Part shown: positions 17,169 to 26,938 of the stretch, piece after piece
Layout: each line of letters opens with the position of its first letter
Position numbering within the stretch: position 1 is the stretch's first letter
From: Terriglobia bacterium
GTDB lineage: Bacteria; Acidobacteriota; Terriglobia; 20CM-2-55-15
Reading direction: 5' to 3'
Assembly: GCA_963664115.2 (NCBI GenBank)
Contig: CAXWPJ010000009.1
Coordinates: 928,001 to 992,000, forward strand
Length of the DNA: 64,000 nucleotides
Translations under genes and position numbers: made by a program
Notes under the pieces: model-generated
What the model was told of the DNA's origin: nothing
Database searches by the model: none
Seen by the model: only the letters and a program-made list of their open reading frames with translations

Positions 17169-19820
17169 ATGGAATCTGGCACCAAACTCGGCCATTACGA
17201 GATCTCAACGCTCTTGGGTAAGGGTGGAATGGGCGAAGTGTGGCGTGCCAAGGACACGAAGCTCGGGCGTGAAGTTGCTATCAAGACGCTGCCTGAAGAG
17301 TTTGCCAAAGATGCAGATCGTCTCGCACGTTTTGAACGTGAAGCTAGATTACTGGCCTCTCTAAATCATCCCCACATTGCAGCGATTCATGGTTTCGAGG
17401 AAGACAACGGCACTCCCTTTCTGGTCCTCGAACTCGTCGAAGGTGACACGCTCGCTGATCGGTTGAAACGTGGAGCCATCCCTGTAGAAGAAACTCTGAA
17501 ACTAGCCTTACAGATCGCTGAAGCCCTGGAAGCAGCACACGAGAAGGGTGTGATTCATCGTGATTTGAAACCGGCGAACATTAAAGTGACTCCCGACGGG
17601 AAAGTGAAGGTACTCGACTTTGGATTGGCAAAGGCATTCGCTGGCGACACCGATATAGACATTTCCAAGTCACCTACCCTGAGCATGCAGGCCACGCAAC
17701 AAGGAATCATTCTAGGTACTGCAGCATACATGTCACCGGAGCAGGCAAAGGGGCATAGCGTGGATAAACGCGCCGACGTGTGGGCGTTCGGATGCGTCCT
17801 GTACGAAATGCTGACGGGCCGTCGGGCGTTCGGAGGTGAAGAAGTTTCGGAAATACTTGCATCTGTACTTGCCCGAGACCCCGACTACACGAAGTTGCAG
17901 CCCAACCTCCATCCAAGACTGAGAGAGGTTCTGGAGAGGTGCCTGGAGAGGGATTTAAGGAAAAGATTCCAAGGCATCGGTGACGTGATTGTAGATATCG
18001 ATAAAGTGATTGCCAGTTCGGAAGGCGGTATCGTTTCATCCCGCGACATCGTCCCGACTTCACGATCCAAACTGGCCTGGGCTTTTGTGGCCGTTCCTTT
18101 AGTGATTGCTGGAACTCTTGCGTTTAACTTGAGCCGAGCTGTAGGTGTCTCGGCTCCGCCTGCGGTGATCCGTTCTTCGATCACCCTGTCACTTGACGAT
18201 AGTCTCAACTTGAACGGAAATCTAGCCTTCTCTCCGGACGGTAGCATGCTCGCTTTTAATCGTGTGCGCGATGGAAGCTCACAGATATGCGTCCGTGACA
18301 TGGACAATTGGGCAATCCGTTGTATCCCAGGCACAGAGGCCGCGACTCATTTTTTCTTCTCTCCAGACAGTCAGCAGATTGGTTACAGCGGAGGCGGCGC
18401 CTTAAGAGCTGTATCGGTGACTGGGGAATCGCCGATCGTACTTGCGGATTCGGCGGGATTGGGTGGAAGTTGGGGTAAAGATGGAAGCATCGTCTTCAAT
18501 TCGGGCTACAACCAGGGACTTTCTCGCATTGGAGCCGACGGGGGGCCAGTTACGGAATTGACTGTGCCGGACCCTGCGAATGACGAGCTGGGCCATTTCT
18601 ATCCTCAGTTGCTGGACGATGGGAACACGGTCATTTTTACGGTGTTTTCTCCGCTTCTGGAAAGGGCCTATGTTGCCGCACTCCGTTTGAGCGATGGGGA
18701 AATCCGGCCGTTGATTGCTAACGCTGTTTCTGGCCGCTATATTTCGAGCGGACATCTTCTGTTCGTGCGCTCGAACAACCTGATGGCCGTGCCCCTGGAC
18801 CTGTCCCGACTGGAAGTGAACGGCACACCCGTTGCGGTCGTCGATGATATGCCCCTGGATCCCGCTGAAGGAGACTCCGCGTTTGCAGTGTCTGGCGACG
18901 GTGCACTGGCCTATGTGCCGGAATCGGTGCTGAACCCGGAGCTGCAACTGGCCTGGATCGACCCTCAGGGAGACGAGGAGCTGCTTTCGGGAATCCGTGG
19001 TCCGTTTGGAAGTATCGCCTTGTCACCTGACGGTGAGAGGGTGGCGTTGACGAGGTTCCAGGCTAACCCGGATATCTGGCTCTATGAACTGGGGACCGGC
19101 AGAGGTATTCGCTTTACGTTCGGCGACGCAGGCGAAGGTAGTCCTGTGTGGATGCCGGATTCCAGCCGAATCGCGTTCTTCAGCGACCGGCCACCCTATG
19201 ATTTGTATTGGCAGCCGACGGATCGCAGCGATAGCGAGGCGGAACTGCGGTCGAGTCCTTACGACAAGGTCCCCACATCTGTTTCGCCCGACGGCACCCT
19301 GCTTGTGTTCCACGAGAATCGTGTCGACACAACCGGAGAAGACATCTGGTTGTTGCCGGTCAATGGTGACGAAGATCCACGCGTTTTTCTTCAGACCGAA
19401 TTCCACGAGTACGATGGGGTAGTGTCGCCGAACGGGGAGTGGATCGCCTACGTGTCCGACGAGTCCGGACAGGCAGAAGTTTATGTTCAGGCGTTTCCGC
19501 AGGGAGGTGACCAGCGGTCGGTTTCTAGCCAAGGAGGAGAGGAACCACGCTGGTCTCGAGACGGACGGACGCTGTATTACGTTTCTGGACAGTCGCTGAT
19601 GGCGGTGGAGGCCGAGCCGGGTCCGCCCATGAGGGTCGGCGAAGAAAGCGAATTGTTTGGAATTGAGACAGTCCGCCCAGCCAGGGATGGGACGCGCTAC
19701 GGCGTGGACGCAGAGGGACGCTTCCTGATAGTGAAATACCCGGCGGAATCTCAACCACGGGAAATCCGCCTCGTCCTGAACTGGTTTGAAGAACTGAAGC
19801 AACGAGTGCCGCTGCCTTGA
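17169..19820 (+). CDS. Hanks-type Ser/Thr protein kinase with TM segment and TolB/PD40 beta-propeller
   Basis: GKGGMG, VAIK, HRDLKPAN, DFG, YMSPE; TM near aa 302-320; repeated SPDG units. Confidence 0.95.
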   Translation: MESGTKLGHYEISTLLGKGGMGEVWRAKDTKLGREVAIKTLPEEFAKDADRLARFEREARLLASLNHPHIAAIHGFEEDNGTPFLVLELVEGDTLADRLKRGAIPVEETLKLALQIAEALEAAHEKGVIHRDLKPANIKVTPDGKVKVLDFGLAKAFAGDTDIDISKSPTLSMQATQQGIILGTAAYMSPEQAKGHSVDKRADVWAFGCVLYEMLTGRRAFGGEEVSEILASVLARDPDYTKLQPNLHPRLREVLERCLERDLRKRFQGIGDVIVDIDKVIASSEGGIVSSRDIVPTSRSKLAWAFVAVPLVIAGTLAFNLSRAVGVSAPPAVIRSSITLSLDDSLNLNGNLAFSPDGSMLAFNRVRDGSSQICVRDMDNWAIRCIPGTEAATHFFFSPDSQQIGYSGGGALRAVSVTGESPIVLADSAGLGGSWGKDGSIVFNSGYNQGLSRIGADGGPVTELTVPDPANDELGHFYPQLLDDGNTVIFTVFSPLLERAYVAALRLSDGEIRPLIANAVSGRYISSGHLLFVRSNNLMAVPLDLSRLEVNGTPVAVVDDMPLDPAEGDSAFAVSGDGALAYVPESVLNPELQLAWIDPQGDEELLSGIRGPFGSIALSPDGERVALTRFQANPDIWLYELGTGRGIRFTFGDAGEGSPVWMPDSSRIAFFSDRPPYDLYWQPTDRSDSEAELRSSPYDKVPTSVSPDGTLLVFHENRVDTTGEDIWLLPVNGDEDPRVFLQTEFHEYDGVVSPNGEWIAYVSDESGQAEVYVQAFPQGGDQRSVSSQGGEEPRWSRDGRTLYYVSGQSLMAVEAEPGPPMRVGEESELFGIETVRPARDGTRYGVDAEGRFLIVKYPAESQPREIRLVLNWFEELKQRVPLP

Positions 19821-19822
19821 TT

Positions 19823-19849
19823 TCAAATCATCTTGTCGGACGTTGAGAA
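19823..19849 (+). repeat. Site copy G (left arm deleted)
   Basis: TCAA-ATCATC-TTGTCGGACGTTGAGAA directly after the kinase stop. Confidence 0.85.
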
Positions 19850-20088
19850 TTCGTACTTCACAAGACGGCTACATCGGGCGCACTCAGCGCAGCGGCCTAT
19901 TTTGTGGCGATCCTCTTTCTTTAGAGCTGGTTAAGGCCTTGGACACCTTGTAGGAGGTCATCGGGTCTAGAAGCCCCCCTTTTTTCTCCCTGGCATTTGA
20001 ATTTGACAGTCCTACGACCCGACCGGATGCTGGTAAACAGACGGTAGGATACGTCGCTCTTTTCGATTGTAAGGAGGCCGACGTGGAC

Positions 20089-21245
20089 CTAGTGTACCCC
20101 GCTCGAAGTAATGTAACTAAAATAGCTTTCCAACGTCCAATAGAGAATGAGGAAAGCACCGACCATTGAATTGGATGACAAGCAGCGGATGGAGTTGGAG
20201 CGACTGAGTCGAAGCCGGAGTACATCGGTCCGGTTGGCGGAACGATCCCGAATTGTATTACTGGCCGCTGAAGGTCGGAACAATTATGAGATCGCCGCCC
20301 GCTTGGAGATCACGCGCCAGAAAGCGGGCCGCTGGCGCAATCGTTTTGTGGAACAGGGCTTGGCTGGGATCGAAAAGGATGCGCCGCGAAGCGGACGGAT
20401 TCCCACGATCAGTCGCCGGAAGCGAGCCCGGATCGTCAAGAAGACACTGGAAGAGAAGCCCCCGAACGCGACGCACTGGAGTCGGGCCTCGATGGCGAAG
20501 GCCGTTGGCGTGAGCGAGTCCACGGTCGGGAAAATCTGGCGGGTCCATGGACTGAAGCCTCATCTGTCACGAACCTTCAAACTATCCAACGACAAACGAT
20601 TCGCCGAAAAGCTGGAGGATGTGGTCGGTCTGTATCTGAGCCCACCGGAAAACGCCATTGTCTTGTCCTGCGATGAGAAGAGCCAGATGCAGGCCCTGGA
20701 CCGCACGCAACCCGGGTTACCTCTGAAGAAGGGGCGGTGTGGCACCATGACCCACGATTACAAACGTAACGGGACAACCACGCTTTTCGCCGCGCTCAAC
20801 ATCCTGGACGGTTCGGTCATCGGAACCTGCATGCCAAAGCATCGCCATCAGGAATGGATCCGGTTTCTGAATCAGATCAAACGCGCCATGCCGAAAGATA
20901 AGGAGATCCACATTATTTGCGACAACTATGCGACTCACAAACATCAGAAAGTCGTCAACTGGCTCAAGCGTAACAAGCGTTTTCATGTGCACTTCACGCC
21001 AACCAGTGCGTCGTGGCTCAACATGGTCGAGCGCTTTTTCCGGGATCTGTCCGAGCAACGACTCCGGCGTGGCGTTTTCCGCTCGGTCCCCGAGTTGATC
21101 CAGGCCGTGGAGGACTACCTCGCTCGTCACAATGAAGACCCGAAACCCTTCATCTGGACTGCAACGGCTTCCGACATCCTTGCTAAAGTCCAGCGCGGCC
21201 GGCGAAATCTTGATAAGTTACAGTCTGTTTAACGGGGACCACTAG
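20089..21245 (+). mobile_element. IS630-family element
   Basis: Ends CTAGTGTACCCCG and CGGGGACCACTAG; TA target within CTAG. Confidence 0.88.
20147..21232 (+). CDS. IS630-family transposase
   Basis: CDEKSQ.QALDR, HDYKRNGT, DNYATHK, HFTPTSASWLN.VE. Confidence 0.95.
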   Translation: MRKAPTIELDDKQRMELERLSRSRSTSVRLAERSRIVLLAAEGRNNYEIAARLEITRQKAGRWRNRFVEQGLAGIEKDAPRSGRIPTISRRKRARIVKKTLEEKPPNATHWSRASMAKAVGVSESTVGKIWRVHGLKPHLSRTFKLSNDKRFAEKLEDVVGLYLSPPENAIVLSCDEKSQMQALDRTQPGLPLKKGRCGTMTHDYKRNGTTTLFAALNILDGSVIGTCMPKHRHQEWIRFLNQIKRAMPKDKEIHIICDNYATHKHQKVVNWLKRNKRFHVHFTPTSASWLNMVERFFRDLSEQRLRRGVFRSVPELIQAVEDYLARHNEDPKPFIWTATASDILAKVQRGRRNLDKLQSV

Positions 21246-21516
21246 ACCTACTGGCCCTGATCCGTAACCATCCCTTTTTGTCCCTCATTGGCATCTTCAT
21301 GTTGTACGACACGTTCATTAGAAGGTGGCCGTCGGATTAGCACCCCGAAAGCCTCCTTCCTCTGCCATGCAGTATCCAGTTCGAGAACTTCTTTCATGCG
21401 ACCTTCCATTCCCGCGTAGCCTTACCCACCGCTAACACAATCGCGCCCGCTGCTGCGTGTACGTCGTCAGAATAATTCGGACAAAAAGGCCGTTTTGCTA
21501 AGAGACGGTTTTCAAG

Positions 21517-22500
21517 TTATACCACTCCAGTCCTAAGGTTCTCGAACCTGCGTTGAGCCAGCGTCGTTCGTTTGATCTGGTCACGACGTGAAAGGACCTG
21601 CTGATCCCTCCCAAAGAACACGTCTGCTGGTGTCACGTTGTTAAGAGATTCGTGATACCGATGGTGGTTGTAGTGTTCAACCCATTGCTCGATCGCATGC
21701 TCGAGTTCCCACGGATAATAGTAATGTTCCAGTTTGACCACGTTCTTCATCGAACGGTGATAGCGTTCGATCTTGCCCTGTGTCATCGGGTGATAGGGCG
21801 CACCCCGAGTGTGTTCCATACCGCAACGTTGTAAATAGTCTTTGAGTTCGTGCGACACGTAGCAGGGGCCATTGTCGCTCAACAGGCGCGGCCGGTGCCG
21901 GACCTGTATCTGGTCGACGCCGGTCGCGTGTAGCGCCAGGTCCAGCGTGTCCTGAACGTCGGAGGCGGCCATGGTCTGGAACAACGTCCAGGCGATGATG
22001 TAGCGGGAGTAATCGTCCAGGACCGTGGACAGGTAATACCAACCCCAACCAACGACCCGAAAATAGGTGAAGTCGGTCTGCCAGAGTTCGTTCACACGCC
22101 GGGTTGGATGCTGGAAGTGATCGCTGGCCGTCATCACGATGTAGGCTGGACTGGTGATCAGGTCGCACCGCTTCAGTATCCGATACACGCTGGATTCGGA
22201 GATGAAGTAGTCCTGGGTGTCGGTGATCTGCCAGGCCAACTCCCGGGGTGAGACTTCCGGATGCGTGAGCGCCGTCTCCACGACCTGTTCCCGCACCGGT
22301 CCCGGAATCCGGTTCCAGCAGAAGCCGGGGCCGGAATGCCGATCCAATAAACCGACAGCGCCACGCTCTTTGTATCGGCGATACCAACCGTAGAAGGTGC
22401 TGCGAGGGATTCCCAGTTCCCGCACCGTCGCTGTCACCGACAACTCCGAGTCTTCCACCACTCGGATCGTCTCCAGCTTCTCAGATCCCGATTGCCTCAT
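21517..22500 (-). CDS. Transposase OrfB (integrase core)
   Basis: WQTDFT, LDDYSR, SDNG, P.TQGKIER. Confidence 0.92.
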   Translation of the reverse strand: MRQSGSEKLETIRVVEDSELSVTATVRELGIPRSTFYGWYRRYKERGAVGLLDRHSGPGFCWNRIPGPVREQVVETALTHPEVSPRELAWQITDTQDYFISESSVYRILKRCDLITSPAYIVMTASDHFQHPTRRVNELWQTDFTYFRVVGWGWYYLSTVLDDYSRYIIAWTLFQTMAASDVQDTLDLALHATGVDQIQVRHRPRLLSDNGPCYVSHELKDYLQRCGMEHTRGAPYHPMTQGKIERYHRSMKNVVKLEHYYYPWELEHAIEQWVEHYNHHRYHESLNNVTPADVFFGRDQQVLSRRDQIKRTTLAQRRFENLRTGVV

Positions 22501-22862
22501 ATATCGATGCTCTCGGAGTCCGTTACGTTCAACGTTTTTTTCAGAAAACGATTCTTCAGCAGTATTTCGGCCACCACCTGCTTCAACTGGTCGTTCTCCT
22601 GGCGCAATTCGGTGACTTCACTCGACGTGGCTTCCCGCTTCGTGTCCCCGGCCAGTCGTTTCTTTCCGGCCTCCAGGAAGTCCTTGCTCCACCGGTAATA
22701 CAAATTCGATGGAATCCCTTCGCGTCGGCACAGCTCTGCGATGCTCTCTTCACCTCGCAGCCCTTCCAACACGATCCGCACTTTCTCTTCCGACGAGTAC
22801 TTCTGCCTCGTCTTCCGACGAATCTCCCGTACCCGATTCTCTGCCGACACTTTCTCTTTCAT
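22497..22862 (-). CDS. Transposase OrfA (HTH)
   Basis: YSSEEKVRIVLEG, CRREGI; A7 slippery run at 22535-22541 and ATGA overlap with OrfB. Confidence 0.88.
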   Translation of the reverse strand: MKEKVSAENRVREIRRKTRQKYSSEEKVRIVLEGLRGEESIAELCRREGIPSNLYYRWSKDFLEAGKKRLAGDTKREATSSEVTELRQENDQLKQVVAEILLKNRFLKKTLNVTDSESIDI

Positions 22863-23149
22863 TCGATCCTCCTTCAGATCGTTCTGATTAGAAAAGTGTC
22901 TCTTAGTTTTTTACGGGATTCTGTCCGAAATGCTCTGACGGGCTACAGTTGAGCCAATGTAGGTCGCCCGTCATATACCAGCGTCATCCGCGGTCGCCTC
23001 TTTCAAAAACGATGCGACAGTCTCAAACGCGCCCCTCCCTCCTCGAGCGGGCGCTTATGCCAACATCCGCGGTTCTGACATTGACAAGTTCCGCGTGGGA
23101 ATGCTAACTCTGAGCAGCTATTTCAAACAATTGCAGAGATGGAGAGACT

Positions 23150-23971
23150 ATGAAGTGTCCAAGCCGGGTTCTCATGCGAATCATGAAATACGGGACAAGC
23201 CTACTGGTTTTCATTTTACTGGTGGGAATTCCATTGTCGACCGAAGCCCAATCATCGCGTCCCACCCTGGAAGGCATGTGGAGTGATCCGCCCGCCACTG
23301 CAGTGGGAGACTTCTGCCATGGATGGTGTACCGACGCCGGACTTGACTACCTAGAAAGACTGTTGGACGACCCCGCAAACGACGCTCGTGGGTTCCGCGA
23401 ACTTCAGGCGGAGGCCGCCAAACATCAACAAGAGACATACATCGTCCCTCGACTAACAGCTGCGGCGCTAGAGACCTACCCGCTGGACCCAGCAGACGAT
23501 CCATCATTTCTTCGTTGTGAGCCGTATGGACTGGCCCGACAGATGCGAGTGAGGCACCAGCTTGAGATAAGGCAGCGCGGCAATGACCTAATCGAATTCC
23601 ATTACGGAGAATGGGACGCGCGGAGGACGATCTATCTGAATGGCCGCGAGCGCCCATCCAACCAGACGACGCTATTGGGACATTCTGTGGCCCACTGGGA
23701 TGGCGAGACGCTGGTTGTCGAGACGGCCGGTATTCAAGCAAACCGCCTCCCCTTTAACGCCGAACACAGCGACCAACTGCGGGTTGTAGAACGCTATGCC
23801 CGCTCGAAGGACGACGACACGTTAGTGCTTACGGCGACGATGGAGGATCCGTGGGGTTTGCGGGAGCCGGTGGTGATTAAGAGAATCTGGCGTTGGGCTC
23901 CGGAGAGCCGGATTGATCCGTATGAAGACTGCGAACTCCCGACCGAATTCACGAGAGGAGTGACGCCATGA
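23150..23971 (+). CDS. DUF6152-partner family protein (copy 3, divergent)
   Basis: LEGMWS, CEPYG, GHSVAHWDGETLVVET, terminal Cys; start may be 23183. Confidence 0.85.
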   Translation: MKCPSRVLMRIMKYGTSLLVFILLVGIPLSTEAQSSRPTLEGMWSDPPATAVGDFCHGWCTDAGLDYLERLLDDPANDARGFRELQAEAAKHQQETYIVPRLTAAALETYPLDPADDPSFLRCEPYGLARQMRVRHQLEIRQRGNDLIEFHYGEWDARRTIYLNGRERPSNQTTLLGHSVAHWDGETLVVETAGIQANRLPFNAEHSDQLRVVERYARSKDDDTLVLTATMEDPWGLREPVVIKRIWRWAPESRIDPYEDCELPTEFTRGVTP

Positions 23972-24414
23972 GACTGTTACGCTCGTGGTTTTTAGTTTTG
24001 CCGGTTCTGATGCTGTCTGCAGTAGAGGCCAGTTCGCATCATGCGTTTAGCCCGGTCTACGACGAAACGCAGCTGATCACGGTTGCAGGCATGGTGACTC
24101 AGTTCAGGTTCGTTAATCCGCACGCGATGATGTTGATGGAAATCACAGATGAGTCAGGTCAGATTGTGAAATGGACAGTCGAGTTTGCTGGAGTTCTCAA
24201 TCTGTCGGAGGTGGGTTGGACAGCCGACTCGATCAAGGCTGGCGAACTGGTGACGGTAACCGGCAACCCGACCCATACCGGCTCCCAGAGAATGTTCTTT
24301 CGTCGACTCGCCCGGCCAGATGGAACGGAACTCCTGCCGGCAGGCCCCCAACGTCTGAAAGCTATTGAAGAGGAGCGGAGGCAGCGTGCACTCCGGAGGA
24401 ATCAAGAAAATTAA
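23968..24414 (+). CDS. DUF6152-like small exported protein (copy 4)
   Basis: ASS|HHAF, FVNPH; ATGA overlap with the upstream partner gene. Confidence 0.87.
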   Translation: MRLLRSWFLVLPVLMLSAVEASSHHAFSPVYDETQLITVAGMVTQFRFVNPHAMMLMEITDESGQIVKWTVEFAGVLNLSEVGWTADSIKAGELVTVTGNPTHTGSQRMFFRRLARPDGTELLPAGPQRLKAIEEERRQRALRRNQEN

Positions 24415-24540
24415 TCCAACCTTTCGCCCGTACCGCTGTGCAGTTGGTCCTCCACGATTTCGCTAGGGGCGACGCAGGATTAATCGTGCCTTGGCACCTT
24501 GCGTTTAGGGATCAATCAAATCGGTCTGTGGCAGGTAAGA

Positions 24541-24607
24541 GAGCGCGTGCCGGTTCCCTGATTTCAAGTTCAAGGTAACGACAAATCATCTTCTCGGACC
24601 TTGAGAA
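24541..24607 (+). repeat. Kinase 3' tip (ERVPVP*) plus site copy H
   Basis: GAGCGCGTGCCGGTTCCCTGA-TTTCAAGT-TCAAGGTAACGACAA-ATCATC-TTCTCGGACCTTGAGAA. Confidence 0.85.
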
Positions 24608-24935
24608 TTGGAATTCCTAAAAAATTCTAAAAATCGGGCCCATTAATATGTCCCAAAAATACGCTCCCAGCCAGCCACCCAAACCTACCCTCACGCCTTT
24701 GTCGGTTCGATCCGACGCCATGTCAGCAAAAAGTAGCGCAACGTATCGGATTGCGGCTCTGTTCGGTCTGTAACGGTTATCGGCGGACGCGATGGGAAAA
24801 GCGCGTTACTCCGATTGTCGAAGCCGTCGTGCGCGGTAGGCGGCTGATCAAGATGGCTGACCCCCACCCAGCTCGATAGGCCCGGAAGAAGAACCGGGGC
24901 CGCGGACAGGACCTGGCTTTAGCAAGATCCGGAGA

Positions 24936-24963
24936 ACGTCGCATAATCAGTATCGTGCGAAGT
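24936..24963. other. Xer/dif-like 11-6-11 site of a second type
   Basis: ACGTCGCATAA-TCAGTA-TCGTGCGAAGT; both arms resemble XerC-type ACTTCGCATAA. Confidence 0.5.
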
Positions 24964-25151
24964 TACTTATTCACAATAAGTCTCAGCTCCTTTGGTTCGA
25001 ACCACCGATTGTGATCTATTCCGGTTGGGTCGGTCCAAGCACATAGGACGTTCGCTTTGATGTTTGGATCGGGATCTATCTCCATGACGGTCATTACGGC
25101 ATCGGTGATCTTGTCTATCACTTTGTCGCCGACTTTGCCTTTGAATGTCAT
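24963..25151 (-). CDS. Small YodC/DUF2158-like protein
   Basis: KVGD.V, MTV, C.W, F...EL pattern. Confidence 0.6.
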   Translation of the reverse strand: MTFKGKVGDKVIDKITDAVMTVMEIDPDPNIKANVLCAWTDPTGIDHNRWFEPKELRLIVNK

Positions 25152-25237
25152 TCAATGAGGGTAACAAATTGAACGGGCATATTCGGCGGCATGAGACAGC
25201 GGCTGTCGGATGTTGTGGTTTGACCAAGGAGCAATAA

Positions 25238-25411
25238 ATGAATCAGGTGTGACTGACCGGACACGTTGGACATCACGCCGAGTTGCGATACACCCAAAGC
25301 GGGACACCCATCCTGAATTTCTCCATCGCGACAAACGAATACTGGAAAGACGGCACCGGCCAAACGCAAATACGGACCGACTGGTACAAGTGCGTCTTGT
25401 GGGGCGTTTAA
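25238..25411 (+). pseudogene. ssb: Single-stranded DNA-binding protein pseudogene
   Basis: MNQV*LTGHVGHHAELRYTQSGTPILNFSIATNEYWKD...TDWYKCVLWG; stop at codon 5 and truncated; RBS AAGGAG. Confidence 0.8.
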
Positions 25412-25433
25412 GCCTCTCTCAGTGATCTCACCA

Positions 25434-25473
25434 TTCTCAAGTCCTGACAAATCATCTTCGCGGACATTGAGAA
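25434..25473 (+). repeat. Dispersed quasi-palindromic site, copy I
   Basis: TTCTCAAGTCCTGACAA-ATCATC-TTCGCGGACATTGAGAA. Confidence 0.9.
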
Positions 25474-25675
25474 TTGGGCGAGGCCCTCGCCAGACCTGCA
25501 CCTCAGCCGATCGCATTTTCTGGCTGACGAACGCGGCCCCGCCGAACGGTCCACCTGTCGGTGGGGGCCGACTGTCCGAATGGCCCTCACGACGTCCATA
25601 CACTCAATTTAGGTTTGATATAATCGGGCCGAACCAAACACAAAGCGACGCTATGTTCTGTGAGGAGGACGTGTC

Positions 25676-26764
25676 ATGCCTATGAAGCGCTATCTGGGGT
25701 CCGCATTCTGTGCTGTTTTGTTCGTGGCCGCTTGGAGCCCGGGTAACGTGAGCGCGCAGGACCTTCAGGTTACCGACGATTCCCCTATCGCGAGGGCCAG
25801 GGCGGCTGCATACCGGCCTGGGCATGACTTTACAAGGCTATTCAATCAGCTTTGTGGCGAGTTGCCTCCCCGTCGCACAAGGGTGGACGCAGGGACCTTA
25901 GTTCTGGAGTCTAGAACTGCACCACCCGCCGCCCGGACTATTCCAGCGCAGTCGGCGTGGCACACAGTGCCTGCGAAGGTGTTCGACAACCTGTATTACG
26001 TCGGGAGTCGTAACCAATCAATGTGGGCTGTGACGACGTCTGAGGGCATCATTCTGCATGACACGGCTTACGATTACATGGTTGAAGCTGAAATTGTCGA
26101 CGGGTTGCGGGAATTAGGTCTCGATCCGGCCCAGATCAAATATGTCATCATCAGCCACGGCCACGCCGACCACTACTTGGGAGCCAAACAACTCCAGGAC
26201 AGCTACGGTGCGCGTCTCATCATGTCCGAAGCGGATTGGGATCTGGTGGCCAACGATGGAAATCCCACCGAGCTTAAGCCCCAGAAAGATCTCGTGGCCA
26301 CCGATGGCATGGAACTGACGCTTGGCGATACTACGCTGACCCTCTACGTGACGCCGGGCCACACTCCAGGCACGATTTCGACGCTGTTTCCGCTTAGGGA
26401 TGGAGACCGATGGCACCTCGGCGCCTTGTGGGGAGGGACCGCTTTCGGGTTCAGGTATTTTGAGGATCCTTTCGACGCCTTGGGAACCTTCAGCGCGTCC
26501 GCAAGACGTTTTCAGGCAATCGCAGCGATGGCCCGAGCCGACGTTCACCTGTCGAGCCACACGATCTACGACAACACGCACGACAAACTCAACGCTCTGA
26601 AGTTTCGTAATCCGGGCGACGCCCATCCGTTCGTAAGCGCAGATGTTGTCGAGCGCTATCAGACAATAGTGAGCGAATGTACGGAGGTTATATTGGAGTG
26701 GTTGACGAATGCTCGCCGTGACGGTCTTTCCTTCAGGCACACCATCGAGAGTGGTCTTCGTTAA
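25676..26764 (+). CDS. Exported metallo-beta-lactamase-fold hydrolase (B3-like)
   Basis: SHGHADH, TPGHTPG, FDNLYYVG; signal peptide. Confidence 0.9.
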   Translation: MPMKRYLGSAFCAVLFVAAWSPGNVSAQDLQVTDDSPIARARAAAYRPGHDFTRLFNQLCGELPPRRTRVDAGTLVLESRTAPPAARTIPAQSAWHTVPAKVFDNLYYVGSRNQSMWAVTTSEGIILHDTAYDYMVEAEIVDGLRELGLDPAQIKYVIISHGHADHYLGAKQLQDSYGARLIMSEADWDLVANDGNPTELKPQKDLVATDGMELTLGDTTLTLYVTPGHTPGTISTLFPLRDGDRWHLGALWGGTAFGFRYFEDPFDALGTFSASARRFQAIAAMARADVHLSSHTIYDNTHDKLNALKFRNPGDAHPFVSADVVERYQTIVSECTEVILEWLTNARRDGLSFRHTIESGLR

Positions 26765-26938
26765 GCTGAGGAAACGGAAGAATGTGCGTGAGGGTTATCA
26801 GCTTCCTGAGTTGGAAGATTGCAGCATGAGGCTTTCCGCCCGATTCGATCCGGTGGTCTTCTTACCTTGACGCGGAACTGGAAGCACACGCCATGCCACG
26901 ATGTCGCACGAAATACCCGTCCTCTTCAAATACGAAGT

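Larger units (their letters stand above)
21458..22947 (-). mobile_element. IS3/IS481-like element with two ORFs
   Basis: Imperfect 26-bp IRs TGTACGTCGTCAGAATAATTCGGACA and TGTAGCCCGTCAGAGCATTTCGGACA; no perfect TSD. Confidence 0.85.

Noticed and set aside
25250-25252. In-frame TGA in ssb as selenocysteine
   Set aside because: Not a Cys position in SSB and the gene is also truncated, so it is a pseudogene
2507-25473. Repeated site as a CRISPR array
   Set aside because: Copies are kilobases apart and separated by genes; no cas genes in the window
25676-26764. Antibiotic-resistance beta-lactamase
   Set aside because: Fold motifs alone do not establish the substrate
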